This document shows, in pieces, positions 20,124 to 30,121 of a stretch of 64,000 nucleotides of DNA. Under the pieces are notes generated by a model. That model did not search any database and had not been told where the DNA came from. It saw only the letters and a program-made list of their open reading frames with translations. Source of the DNA: an uncultured bacterium (lineage in GTDB: Bacteria > Omnitrophota > Omnitrophia > Omnitrophales > Abzuiibacteriaceae); NCBI GenBank assembly GCA_964387845.1, contig CAYLXA010000002.1, forward strand, positions 1-64,000, in the 5' to 3' direction. Made by a program: the position numbers and the translations under genes. Each line of letters begins with the position of its first letter. Positions within the stretch are counted from its first letter, which is position 1.

Positions 20124-21139
20124 ATCAAGCCCAGTTAAGCGGAAAAAGGGGTAGTATTTTCGTGCTTTGCATGTGGGTTTTGCTTTTACTGAGCATTTTT
20201 TCAATCTCAGTCAGTTATTCAGTTCGCCAAAGGATTAAGGTCGTGGAGCGGCTTGAGACGCGTCAACACTTAAGACGCATTGCCGAGTCAGGTATTCAAA
20301 AGGCAATTTACATTCTGAAATTAGACGACAACGGATATGACGGTTGGTCCGAAGGGTGGTACCAAAATGAAGATGAATTTAAAGACATTGCAATCAACGG
20401 CGGCCGGTTTTCGATTTTTCAAAAATCGTCAGGAGTTATCCGCTACGGAATCACCGATGAGGAGTCGAAAATCAATATCAACTTGGTTGGTTCTCCCGTT
20501 GTTTTTCGGCGTTTGTTTCATGACGGCCTGGGATTAGACGAAACAATATCGAATCAGCTGGCAGAATCCATTCTAGACTGGCGGGACGAAGATGACAATC
20601 CGCGCGGAGCCGGAGCGGAAAGCGCATATTATCAAACGCTAAATCCGCCGTATCGCGCCATGAATTCGGATTTTGCCTCGCTTGACGAACTTCTCTTCAT
20701 TAAAGGGGTCGATCAAGGCGTTTTTAGTCTAATCGCTCCTTATTTGTCTGTTGACAGCACAGGAAAAATCAATTTGAATACGGCGAGCACACCAGTTTTG
20801 CGCGCGATGGGTTTTAGCGAGTCTTTGGCAGGGAAGCTGGTAATGTTCAGATCCGGGCTGGATCAGATTCTTGGAACCAAAGACGATAATGCATTGCAAG
20901 ATTCGCAAGACATTGTCGCAGCGATCGATCAATTCGCATCGTTGACCGGTGATGAGAAAAACAGTCTGAAAGATTTTATAGAATCCGGGCTTTTTACGAT
21001 CAAATCATCATATTTTCAGATTCAAGCGAACGCGCGGCTGGGCAACCGCGGGTCTGAGTTATCGGTAGTCAGCGTGGCTGAAAAGAATGATTCGACGATC
21101 AATATCATAGCCTGGCGTGAAAGTTTTTATGTTGAATAA
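20120..21139 (+). CDS. gspK: Minor pseudopilin GspK
   Basis: Hydrophobic N-terminus GSIFVLCMWVLLLLSIF. GspK-type helix-hairpin-helix motifs KININLV and KINLNTAS. Confidence 0.7.
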   Translation: MNQAQLSGKRGSIFVLCMWVLLLLSIFSISVSYSVRQRIKVVERLETRQHLRRIAESGIQKAIYILKLDDNGYDGWSEGWYQNEDEFKDIAINGGRFSIFQKSSGVIRYGITDEESKININLVGSPVVFRRLFHDGLGLDETISNQLAESILDWRDEDDNPRGAGAESAYYQTLNPPYRAMNSDFASLDELLFIKGVDQGVFSLIAPYLSVDSTGKINLNTASTPVLRAMGFSESLAGKLVMFRSGLDQILGTKDDNALQDSQDIVAAIDQFASLTGDEKNSLKDFIESGLFTIKSSYFQIQANARLGNRGSELSVVSVAEKNDSTINIIAWRESFYVE

Positions 21140-22304
21140 GATTAAAAAATTTTGTAGAACAAATCAACTAGCGATTGCGATACTTTCAGCACTGCTGGTC
21201 TTTTCATTTTTTGCTTCAACAGGAGCAGCCCAGCAAGAGATTGAAATTATCGAGGAGTTAAAGCTGTTTTCGCGCGCGCTCGGCGCAATTTTAGAGGGGT
21301 ATGTCGAGCCTCTGGATGGCCGCAAGATGTTTTATGAGGCTGTAAAGGGTATGATGGGCGCTCTAGACCCATACTCCCAGTTCTTTGATATGGAAAAATA
21401 TGAGCTGCTTAAAATTGAAATGAAGGGCGAATATTCAGGGATTGGCGCCAGGATCGGAATTGTTGATGACATTCCTGTTATCGAGGATATTCAAGCGTCC
21501 AGCGCAGCAGAAAAAGCAGGGCTGCAAATCAAAGATATGATTTTGCAGGCGAATCACGATTGGGTGGTTTCAAAAACCGCACCCCAAGTTTCAGCGCTCC
21601 TACGAGGCGAGGCGGATACGCCGCTTAATTTAACCATCTGGCGCGAATCGACCCAAAAACTTTTTGAAGTTGAAATGAAGCGGGAGAAAATTGAGCTCAA
21701 ATCAGTAAATGATATTCGGATTGTCGGAAAAGCAGTCGGTTATATTCGCATTGATGAGTTTTCGGAAAATACCATAGAGCAATTCGACGCTGCTATTAAA
21801 AACTTGAAAGATAGAGGGATGAAGGCCCTGATTATTGATTTGCGAGGCAATGATGGAGGCTTAATGCCAAAAGCCGTGGAGCTTGCCGAAAGATTTTTAC
21901 CGGAAGGGGCCAAAATCATATCTGTTAAAAGCCGCATCGAGGTCCAAGCTAAGGAATATTTATCATCGGGTTCTAAAACCGAATCTAATTATCCGCTTGT
22001 CGTTTTAGTTAACCAAGCTTCGGCAAGTGCATCCGAGATTTTTTCTGCAGCCATTCAAGATAACAAACGTGGTACTATTATAGGCATGAAAACATTTGGA
22101 AAAGCATCTGTGCAGTCAGTGGTTCCGCTGGATGAAACAACTGCGGTTAAATTGACGACAGCAAGATACGTCAGTCCAGGAGGGCGGGTGATCGATGGTG
22201 TTGGAATTACGCCTGACCAGATCGTGGAAAACGGACCTTCGAGCGAAGCCGGTTCTGATTCACAAGTCCGTACGGCATTAAATTTGTTGAAGGAATATCT
22301 TTAA
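21117..22304 (+). CDS. ctpA: C-terminal processing peptidase (S41, CtpA/Prc) with a PDZ domain
   Basis: PDZ region GIGARIGIVDD. S41 catalytic region LVNQASASASEIFSAAIQDNKRGTIIGMKTFGKASVQ. An alternative ATG at 21129 is possible. Confidence 0.8.
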   Translation: MKVFMLNKIKKFCRTNQLAIAILSALLVFSFFASTGAAQQEIEIIEELKLFSRALGAILEGYVEPLDGRKMFYEAVKGMMGALDPYSQFFDMEKYELLKIEMKGEYSGIGARIGIVDDIPVIEDIQASSAAEKAGLQIKDMILQANHDWVVSKTAPQVSALLRGEADTPLNLTIWRESTQKLFEVEMKREKIELKSVNDIRIVGKAVGYIRIDEFSENTIEQFDAAIKNLKDRGMKALIIDLRGNDGGLMPKAVELAERFLPEGAKIISVKSRIEVQAKEYLSSGSKTESNYPLVVLVNQASASASEIFSAAIQDNKRGTIIGMKTFGKASVQSVVPLDETTAVKLTTARYVSPGGRVIDGVGITPDQIVENGPSSEAGSDSQVRTALNLLKEYL

Positions 22305-22340
22305 CGGTATGATCACAAAATTAAAAGGAGGATCAGTTTC

Positions 22341-22823
22341 ATGAAAACCAGTTGGATAGTGTTGTTTTGCTTGATCTCTATACTTGGAAATTCATGTTCG
22401 CAGGCACCCACATCTTACGAGCAATCAACCGCCGCTTCTGAGGAATCGCCATACGTAGACGCCGAAGTCTTAAATCAGGCCGTCAGCCAAGTACTGGCAT
22501 CTTCAAGCGCGTGGTCGTCGTTTGATTATAATGTCAAATACAAGGTTATCGAGACCATGGTTAATCTGTACAAAATCCGAGAGAACACAGCGATTTTAAA
22601 GTTGCCGTCATTTTATGTGCAGCGGGTCGATGACAGCTTTGCGGAAAATACAGAATTACAGCAATTACCGTTCCCTGAGTTTTTTAAAATTTTGGCGGTG
22701 ATGGAATATGATTTTTATAACGGCGAAAATAAAGACGACTTAGCCAGAGGGTTGTTGGGTGAGCGGATGTATGAATCCAACAAACAGAGGCTGCGCGACC
22801 AGGCAGAGGCAGCCGGTCAGTAA
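22341..22823 (+). CDS. Hypothetical small exported/lipoprotein
   Basis: N-terminal signal with Cys. Good RBS AAGGAGG. Confidence 0.4.
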   Translation: MKTSWIVLFCLISILGNSCSQAPTSYEQSTAASEESPYVDAEVLNQAVSQVLASSSAWSSFDYNVKYKVIETMVNLYKIRENTAILKLPSFYVQRVDDSFAENTELQQLPFPEFFKILAVMEYDFYNGENKDDLARGLLGERMYESNKQRLRDQAEAAGQ

Positions 22824-22844
22824 TAATATTTGCGGGGCTTAACG

Positions 22845-24293
22845 CTAATTTGCTTGGTTACCGCGGAACATGTAAAAGACTTCGAATGAGAAAAGCAGGG
22901 CAATCGCACCTTGATGGGCGAGTAGTCTAGAAAGCGACCATTGAATGTGTGATCGAAGCTCAATTGGCGTGATTTGAAATATAAAGATATAGCTGGCGCT
23001 AATCAATAACACCATAGCCGGAAGCATCCAGAAAAAAGGATTCTGCCGCGAGTGCAATTTTAAAAACGGCAGCAAAATAAGCCCCGCAAAAAACAAAATC
23101 CACAAACTTTTCCACAAAGAAAAATTGATCATAAAAGCTGCAAAGCTCGCCAGGATGTACTGAGTTCTCGGCCAATCAGTCAATATCCTGAGGTAGTCTT
23201 GTGGAGATCGGCTGGACTGCAGATAGACCCCAAAACCGCCGTAGGTGATTTTTAAATAGAAAGTTGTCAGAAGGGGGGCGGTTAACCCGGCTAAATAGCA
23301 AGCGATGAAACGCCCCTTTGTTTTGTGGTCCAATTTTCTGGAAAGTATTGCCAGCAGACAAAAAAGAGCCAGCCAAACATTGAACACAATTCCTTCGTTT
23401 TTTGTCCATGCAGCAAGCCCTGCCAAAAATGCCGAGAGCAATAATAATCGCTTACTTTCCGACCTAAGCGCTTGGATGAGGGTTATAAGGGCGGCGGTAA
23501 ACAGAAATGCCAGCGGGATGTCTGCGTAAAGCGCTGCTGTCCAAGTTTGAAGCGCAGAAAGAGAGACCAGAAAAGCGCCGGCCAAAAGTCCGTACCAGAC
23601 ATGCGAAGTTGAAGCTATATACCAAATCACCAGCAGAATCATCGATAAAAAGAAAGTCAGGTTCACCAGCCCCGGCCAAATAAGCACCTCGCGACCAACC
23701 CAATTCCACCCCCAGGCAACGCTGGCCGGCAGCATGAGCGGGTAATCCGGCAAGCTCCAGACAACAATCAGCGGCGAAAACATGTCACGCCAATGCTCGG
23801 TAGATCTAAAAAGGAATTTTGCTTTTAAATTCCACATATACCGCGCATCCCAGCCACCAACCGGATTCCAGGTGAGGCGCGTCAGTAAAAAATCCAAAAA
23901 ATTAAATAAATAAAATCCGAAAATACATAAGGCAGCTACTGTCAAAAGAATCGTCACCTTGGATTGCTTGCCTGATTTTGGAGGCGCGCTTATTGCTTCG
24001 TTGATTTTGCGTGATCTTACCAGTTGAAAAATTGAAACCACAAGCAGGGCCAGGCAAAGCACAATCATCGAAATGATTGTTGCAGATTTTGCATGAGCTC
24101 CCGCCGTTTCATAACTCCAGAACAAAAGCAAAGAACTTAGCCCAAAACCCAAAGGAAATGCAGTGGAAATAAGAAATAAAAGCCTGAAACGAATTTTTGT
24201 TTGGTGTGTAAATAAAAAAGCTGTCAAAAAACCAGCGAGTCCGGGAAGCAGCAGCGCGGATATGGGCGACATCCATAAAATTTGATGCATCAT
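22845..24293 (-). CDS. Polytopic membrane protein (possible GT-C glycosyltransferase or O-antigen polymerase/ligase-like)
   Basis: About 12 predicted TM helices. No soluble catalytic motif recognised. Confidence 0.4.
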   Translation of the reverse strand: MMHQILWMSPISALLLPGLAGFLTAFLFTHQTKIRFRLLFLISTAFPLGFGLSSLLLFWSYETAGAHAKSATIISMIVLCLALLVVSIFQLVRSRKINEAISAPPKSGKQSKVTILLTVAALCIFGFYLFNFLDFLLTRLTWNPVGGWDARYMWNLKAKFLFRSTEHWRDMFSPLIVVWSLPDYPLMLPASVAWGWNWVGREVLIWPGLVNLTFFLSMILLVIWYIASTSHVWYGLLAGAFLVSLSALQTWTAALYADIPLAFLFTAALITLIQALRSESKRLLLLSAFLAGLAAWTKNEGIVFNVWLALFCLLAILSRKLDHKTKGRFIACYLAGLTAPLLTTFYLKITYGGFGVYLQSSRSPQDYLRILTDWPRTQYILASFAAFMINFSLWKSLWILFFAGLILLPFLKLHSRQNPFFWMLPAMVLLISASYIFIFQITPIELRSHIQWSLSRLLAHQGAIALLFSFEVFYMFRGNQAN

Positions 24294-24718
24294 GCACTCT
24301 TTCGGATAAGGCCTTTTGAATGATTCCAGTCAATGACCCAGCTGTAGCGGATTTCTTCTAATCGCTTTTGTGCGATTTCAGCACTTGAAAAAAATGCAAG
24401 CCCAATCGATTCTCCCGGCTTTGGATTTAAAACCAGTGGGCATAGATAGCTTTGTGCATCATGGTAAAATTTTTCGATTTCCAGATCTTGGCCGAATGGC
24501 TTGTCGGATACAAACGAAATAGCGCCCGAGGATGGCAATAGGGTCTTTAACGGCTTCAACTCAGAACCCGGTACCGGGAAGCCAATGTCAGTTCCGTTTA
24601 AAAGGCTGTGCTTTAGAGCGGTTTCGATCGGCTCTTCTTTGGCAGCTCTGACAAGAAGCATGCTCGCCAAGATCGATATACAGAACAAACTATGCAATAT
24701 CAAACGAAATGATGTCAT
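24290..24718 (-). CDS. Hypothetical exported protein
   Basis: Signal peptide. Start-stop overlap with the flanking genes. Confidence 0.35.
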   Translation of the reverse strand: MTSFRLILHSLFCISILASMLLVRAAKEEPIETALKHSLLNGTDIGFPVPGSELKPLKTLLPSSGAISFVSDKPFGQDLEIEKFYHDAQSYLCPLVLNPKPGESIGLAFFSSAEIAQKRLEEIRYSWVIDWNHSKGLIRKSA

Positions 24719-24739
24719 ATGTATTTAAGTCGCACGTTG

Positions 24740-26404
24740 TTATTGGTAGCGTAAAATGTCAACATCTGTGTCATCAGGGCCGTCAACTTTCAATAGCCAT
24801 GTGTGGCGGTCGTGAAAATAACGAACCAGTTCAGAATCCCGGTCCTGATCGATGCTTCGAGCCCAAACCACTTTTGATTCATTGATATTTGCCAAATTAT
24901 AAACCCATTCCTTAAGGCCTCCAGACCTATTTTCTCCGTAAGTAACGATTACCAAATGTTTGCCGGGCAAAGCGCTCAGCCGCTCTTGAACGCTTGCGCG
25001 CTTACGAGCCCACACAATATCAGCGTCTATGTAATGTAATGCGCGGTAAAATCCCGCACAGAACAGTGTCAAAATGATTAATACGATCCCGTAGACCAAA
25101 ATTTTTCCGCTCGGGCGCTTTTTAAATTTCCAAAGACGAAGAAGGCGTAAACTTTGGACAAAAATCAAAAAAAACAGGCAAACTGCAGGTGCTAAATAAT
25201 GATGAAGCGCTCCCATTGTTGTGAGGATAACCGCGAATAGCACAAAAAAGATCCCGGCTGATAAAAGCATCCAGGGATTTTTTAGCAACCACGGCAGCAT
25301 GAGTAAAATTAAAAAACCCATTACAAAACTGGAAAAATAATTAAAAAAGAGATTCGCGAAACGGTCAAAGTGCATTCTGTAGAAGCGTTCCGGCTCTAAA
25401 AGCGCCATTCGTTTAATGAATTGATAAACCACATGAATCTGTTGCATCTCTTCATATCGGTACCGGGGTGTTTTCGGAAGCGGCTGCCACAGGAAGTGGG
25501 GAACGGCGCTGTATTTTTCTCCGTAAGCCTGGTAGGGGAGTTTAAGCGGATTTTCGGTAATTTTGAAATTATAGTACAGCATAAATAGGCCGGTCAAAAT
25601 AACAATGAGCGCAACGGGTGCCATTGCGCGCAGCCGTTTCTGAAAATGGATTTTCGAATTTTTTTTGGCTAACCAAATTAAAAAAATTGCTGCGCAAGGA
25701 ACGCTGACGATTAAACCTCCCATTGGACGACTGTTGGCAAGAACAGCAAGTCCTAAACCTAAAAGGGCACTGTCTAAAACTCGCGCACTCTGAATGATTC
25801 GCCGCAAAGCTCCAAATAAAAGAGCGCCGCCAAATGCGGGCATCATTCCTCCCCAATAACTTTGCGCCCAATAACCGAAGATTCCTATGCGCGCTACCAT
25901 AATTAACCCACCTAAAAAAGCCCAGCGGGGCGGAACCCATGCTTGCAGCATCCAGCAAAGGGCGGCGCAAGCCAAGGCTGAAGAGATCCATACGCCGACA
26001 ATCGGATGGCCGCCGATCAATTTTCCGAGCGCTAAAATCATTCCCTGCGCCGGGGGATACTTAGACATATAGGTTGGCTCATGAATCACGAAGAAAGTTT
26101 CAAAATGATGCCACAGGGGATGCGTCGGGTTTGTGAGGCGCCCTTGCGAGAAGGTGTCGGCAGCCAAAAGGTAGCTGAATTCATCACCAACCGTTGGGAG
26201 TGGTGTGCCCAAAACTTGGGTTGCAAGAGCGCTGCTGACAAAAGCCAAAAAACCGATTAATGCGACAGCGAGTTTTTGCTGATTTGCAATTTTATTAAAC
26301 CATTGGGAGACCGATTTTAACCGGTCGGTTGCGACTTGGGGGCAAAACAAACTGATCGGGATCAAGCCTGTCAGGAAAACCAGTTCAATGGTTAAGCTTT
26401 GCAT
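24740..26404 (-). CDS. GT-C family membrane glycosyltransferase (ArnT/PMT-like)
   Basis: First periplasmic loop has GDEFSY acidic motif. About 11 TM helices. Adjacent GT2 (ArnC/GtrB-like) partner. Confidence 0.5.
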   Translation of the reverse strand: MQSLTIELVFLTGLIPISLFCPQVATDRLKSVSQWFNKIANQQKLAVALIGFLAFVSSALATQVLGTPLPTVGDEFSYLLAADTFSQGRLTNPTHPLWHHFETFFVIHEPTYMSKYPPAQGMILALGKLIGGHPIVGVWISSALACAALCWMLQAWVPPRWAFLGGLIMVARIGIFGYWAQSYWGGMMPAFGGALLFGALRRIIQSARVLDSALLGLGLAVLANSRPMGGLIVSVPCAAIFLIWLAKKNSKIHFQKRLRAMAPVALIVILTGLFMLYYNFKITENPLKLPYQAYGEKYSAVPHFLWQPLPKTPRYRYEEMQQIHVVYQFIKRMALLEPERFYRMHFDRFANLFFNYFSSFVMGFLILLMLPWLLKNPWMLLSAGIFFVLFAVILTTMGALHHYLAPAVCLFFLIFVQSLRLLRLWKFKKRPSGKILVYGIVLIILTLFCAGFYRALHYIDADIVWARKRASVQERLSALPGKHLVIVTYGENRSGGLKEWVYNLANINESKVVWARSIDQDRDSELVRYFHDRHTWLLKVDGPDDTDVDILRYQ

Positions 26405-26412
26405 AGTAGAAA

Positions 26413-27330
26413 TTATTGGCGGCTGCTTTTAACAATAAGCTCTGCAAGAATTCCGAAGAAAAATGTCTGAAGACCGAATAAAAAACATCCCATAACGGCG
26501 TTGACATGTAAAACGGGTTTTGAAATTAGGGCGTTATGCCACATCCATAACTCTGAGAATAAGATCGCAGAGCCAACAACGATAAACACAAGCCCAATGG
26601 GCGCAAAGACGCGCAGAGGTTTCAGGCTCACGAGCGCCATCAGGATCTGTGCGGTGACGGCCAGTGGATATTTCAGGGTTACAAAAGATTTTCCGGTCTT
26701 TCGGCTTCGGAAAGAAACGGGAACGTGTGCAAACCGCATGCCTTTATGGTAAGCATCTAATAAAAGCTGCTGCGTGTAATTGTAGTCACCAAATAGGCGA
26801 AACCGTTCAAGATAGGCATGATTGAGTGCAATGATTCCGGGCTGACTGTCTCTGACTTGCCAACTAGTAAGGCGACGCATGAGCGCTGTAAAAATATGAT
26901 TTCCAATTTTTCGAATCATGGGCATGTTGTAGGAAATTTTTTGGAAGCGGTTCCCATAGACCACATCGGCCTCATCAGACAAGATGGGCTGGATTAATTT
27001 TTCAATATCGTTCGGATCGTGCTGTAAATCTGCATCAATCTTAACAACAATACCCGCTCCGGCTTGCCGAGCTGCAACCAAACCGGTTCGAACCGCTGCT
27101 CCCAAGCCTTGACGTGTAGGATGAAACAATATTTTATCCGCACCCGTTTCTTGGGCGATGCGCCGCGTTGCATCGGTTGAGCCGTCATCGATAACGTAAA
27201 TAGCGGGTTCCAATTTATGTTTTTTGACTGATTGCAATGCTTGGCGTATACCTTGAATCGTTTCGACAATACTCGCTGCCTCATTGTGGGCAGGGATGAT
27301 GACAACTAGTCTGTTGGATGGTTGGTTCAT
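26413..27330 (-). CDS. GT2 polyprenyl-phosphate glycosyltransferase (ArnC/GtrB-like) with a C-terminal TM pair
   Basis: VVIIPAHNE. IDDGSTD. IDADLQHDP. Two C-terminal TM helices. Confidence 0.8.
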   Translation of the reverse strand: MNQPSNRLVVIIPAHNEAASIVETIQGIRQALQSVKKHKLEPAIYVIDDGSTDATRRIAQETGADKILFHPTRQGLGAAVRTGLVAARQAGAGIVVKIDADLQHDPNDIEKLIQPILSDEADVVYGNRFQKISYNMPMIRKIGNHIFTALMRRLTSWQVRDSQPGIIALNHAYLERFRLFGDYNYTQQLLLDAYHKGMRFAHVPVSFRSRKTGKSFVTLKYPLAVTAQILMALVSLKPLRVFAPIGLVFIVVGSAILFSELWMWHNALISKPVLHVNAVMGCFLFGLQTFFFGILAELIVKSSRQ

Positions 27331-28589
27331 GTCCTATCGTCTCCTTGAAGAAAACAGCCAATTTCTTTGACAATATTATCGGAATTTTGCCGCACATCCC
27401 GAAGTCCTTGATTAATGAGGTTTATCAGGGCTGTGCGGTCTTTACAAGCCTCCTCAAACAGGGGTTTAAACCGCTCAAGAGAGAATTGGTCGCATGGCAG
27501 GTAAAATTTTTCCATCTGAAATTCAGCCAAAACCTCCTCGTACTTGTAATCGCCCCATCCAATCGTGATTGGCGGAACTCCGGTGGCCAGGGAAGAAACC
27601 ATTGCATGAAAACGCGAGACAACATTCAGGTGCATCTGCCCCAGGATAGCGCGCAGGGTGCGCGCATCCAGATCGGCATCTAAATAGTGAAAAGCTACGC
27701 GATTATCGAGCCGCTTTATGATTTCCATGCAAATTTGCCGGTCGTTGTTGTGCAGGCCTGTTTTTAGATCGCGATAGCTGTGGGGAATCAAGACCGGTAG
27801 AAAATCTCTTCGTCCAACATCCTCAATGCAGGCAGCCATGCAACCAATATAATCAAGGTTACGTTTTTTTGATTTCTGGAACACGATGCTGTTGGGCGCG
27901 AAGGCGATTGGTTTTTTGCCTGGATGCTGGCCTAGAAATCGATCCAGATTTGCAATGGCCGGATTTTGATTCACAATTTCCGTATACAAAGGAATTTTCA
28001 TCGAGAATGACAAATCCGGTTGGTAGCTGACACGATTAATGCCAAGACGCCGCACGGCCGAAGCGCTTCGTTTGCCGCGTCCTTGAATACCGGAGGCGTG
28101 CTTGATAACTCGTTCGGCAGCCATCCGGTTGAGCGGTTGATCAAGCGGCCCTATGGTTTGTGAAAGAAATATAATTTTCGCGCCAAGCCAAATGCCGGGA
28201 AGAGCGGCAAGCGCGTTCCACGGAACTTTGTGGAGCATGCTGTCCGCGAAAGTGGTGCCGCCCATCAATAATACGGCGTCTGCTTTTTGCACTGCTTCGA
28301 TTGCTTTCCGCCATTTCTCGGAAACCAGCGACGGCAAGACTTTATTTAAGAGAATCGCAGGCAGGAAGCCAAAAAAGAGATCCAGCGGATGTCCGGGATG
28401 GATGTGTACATCGGGAAATTCGGGAGACAGTTTTTTATCGCGTTCAGGATAATAGCTAAAAACATCGAATGAAACAGGGGTCCCGGCTTTTTGAAAGACA
28501 TCCCTCAGGCCTAAAAACATGCTGACAGAGCCTTTGTTGCCGGACAGCGGTACGGCAAAAGTAGCGAAACGCATTTGTTTATTCATCAC
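27327..28589 (-). CDS. Polysaccharide pyruvyl transferase (WcaK/CsaB family)
   Basis: C-terminal RFHAMVSSLATGVPPITIGW motif typical of PF04230. Context is a polysaccharide locus. Confidence 0.6.
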   Translation of the reverse strand: MMNKQMRFATFAVPLSGNKGSVSMFLGLRDVFQKAGTPVSFDVFSYYPERDKKLSPEFPDVHIHPGHPLDLFFGFLPAILLNKVLPSLVSEKWRKAIEAVQKADAVLLMGGTTFADSMLHKVPWNALAALPGIWLGAKIIFLSQTIGPLDQPLNRMAAERVIKHASGIQGRGKRSASAVRRLGINRVSYQPDLSFSMKIPLYTEIVNQNPAIANLDRFLGQHPGKKPIAFAPNSIVFQKSKKRNLDYIGCMAACIEDVGRRDFLPVLIPHSYRDLKTGLHNNDRQICMEIIKRLDNRVAFHYLDADLDARTLRAILGQMHLNVVSRFHAMVSSLATGVPPITIGWGDYKYEEVLAEFQMEKFYLPCDQFSLERFKPLFEEACKDRTALINLINQGLRDVRQNSDNIVKEIGCFLQGDDRT

Positions 28590-29754
28590 GATTTTTACAA
28601 CCCAGTGTATTGTTTAATAACTTGATGAACGCAATATAAAAGTAGAGGAGCGGCCTTGGAATTAAAAGAAAGAAACGCCGGCCCCAACCGGTTTGACTTA
28701 AGCGGTTGTTGGCCAATAGTAGAAAATATGTCAGAAAACTTCGCAGCCGGAATGTTGCTTCTTTCATTCCCGTTTCCTTGACGGGATAGCCGGCGAGTTT
28801 GCAGGCGTAATAACGGCTTTTCAGATCCCTGGACGGCACCAAGATTCGTTTTTGTGCCTGAAAAATAGACAGCGGATCAATTTTTTCGCAAATGATTGTT
28901 CTTTCGCGCATGGCTCCGGAAAACAAGTCTTCACCGGCCTGTGTCCGGACCAACACGGCCGAATGCTTGATCGGATTTCCGCGGTATGGTGGTATAAAAA
29001 TATCGCCAATGCTGATATCGCTTAAGGCACCCAAATGATCATCGCAGTAGCGGCACATGGCCTTGCCGAATAATCCCAAGCTCCGATAAACATTGAAATC
29101 GCGAAAAGGGAGCAGACGCTCTTTGCCGTCGCGCATTAAAAATCGAACATTGCCTCCGAGATAGCCGCGATCGACCTTCATCGAGCAGATTTCTGATTCC
29201 GGAATTTTCGATTTTCTGAGAACAAACGGAAATAATTCTCTTTCGTTATTATGGCCGCAAAAAAGGCTGATGAGAAGTTTGACGTTTCGGAACCGGGCAT
29301 CCTTTTCCATTCGGCTTCGAAGAATGCTGGTATGGCAGGGGAGCGCACAAATTGCCAGACGTCCCTTGAATGCCGCTATTTCTGACGCGTATTTCTCGAG
29401 CGGGATATTAAAGTAAGCGCTTGATGCAAAATCGTCAACCTCGCGCGGACTGGTCACGATTTTAATTTCGTAATCGAGTTTTTGCTTTGAAAAATCAGAT
29501 CGCGCCAGGACTGCGCCGTCGATTATTTTCCGTTCAAGCGCGAACTTGATCAGCGCGGAAGCAACACCGCCCGAAGCTGCTTTTTGTCTTTTGGATGCAT
29601 CGGCTGCGTAGCCGGCGTAAGCATTCCGAAACGGGCCGAGATAGCTTAGGCGGACGTCACTGCTTTCTCTGAACCCCGACGAAAAGAAGCCTTCTTCATT
29701 GGCTTGAATTTGTTCCATATCAATCCGGTAAGAATACGAACTTGAAATAAGCAA
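28579..29754 (-). CDS. Coenzyme F420 hydrogenase beta-subunit-like (FrhB-family) protein, the usual pyruvyl-transferase partner
   Basis: GGVASALIKFALE N-terminal region. Cys-rich CALPCH and CRYCDD. Adjacent to the pyruvyl transferase. Confidence 0.5.
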   Translation of the reverse strand: MLISSSYSYRIDMEQIQANEEGFFSSGFRESSDVRLSYLGPFRNAYAGYAADASKRQKAASGGVASALIKFALERKIIDGAVLARSDFSKQKLDYEIKIVTSPREVDDFASSAYFNIPLEKYASEIAAFKGRLAICALPCHTSILRSRMEKDARFRNVKLLISLFCGHNNERELFPFVLRKSKIPESEICSMKVDRGYLGGNVRFLMRDGKERLLPFRDFNVYRSLGLFGKAMCRYCDDHLGALSDISIGDIFIPPYRGNPIKHSAVLVRTQAGEDLFSGAMRERTIICEKIDPLSIFQAQKRILVPSRDLKSRYYACKLAGYPVKETGMKEATFRLRSFLTYFLLLANNRLSQTGWGRRFFLLIPRPLLYFYIAFIKLLNNTLGCKNRDE

Positions 29755-30121
29755 TAATTCTAAGCACGAAAATCACGGCAGTTGTCAGACAAACCGACAC
29801 GATAGGATTGACCCCGGCCGCATATACGAAAACGTTAAAAAGGACATTGTCAAAAATTTTAAAGAAAGCAGCTTGCTGGATGTAGCGCGAAAAAGTTTTG
29901 CGGCTAAGCGGGATTCTGAAAGAAATTTTTGAATTAAAAATCCATGCGCCGGGCAGCATGACGATCGTCACAATTGCATAGTTTGCCCAGTTCGCCAAAG
30001 GCGTCCATTGATGAATCAGCGCTACGAGCAGTGTTTTGAGCAAGAAAAAAAGAACGGAGCCGCTCGTGATTAACAGCAGTGTTTTTCCACGTGCCTGATC
30101 GGGGGTGTTATGGGGCATCAT
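29720..30121 (-). CDS. GtrA-family small membrane protein
   Basis: 133 aa with four TM helices. Sits in a polyprenyl-P-sugar context. Confidence 0.55.
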   Translation of the reverse strand: MMPHNTPDQARGKTLLLITSGSVLFFLLKTLLVALIHQWTPLANWANYAIVTIVMLPGAWIFNSKISFRIPLSRKTFSRYIQQAAFFKIFDNVLFNVFVYAAGVNPIVSVCLTTAVIFVLRIIAYFKFVFLPD

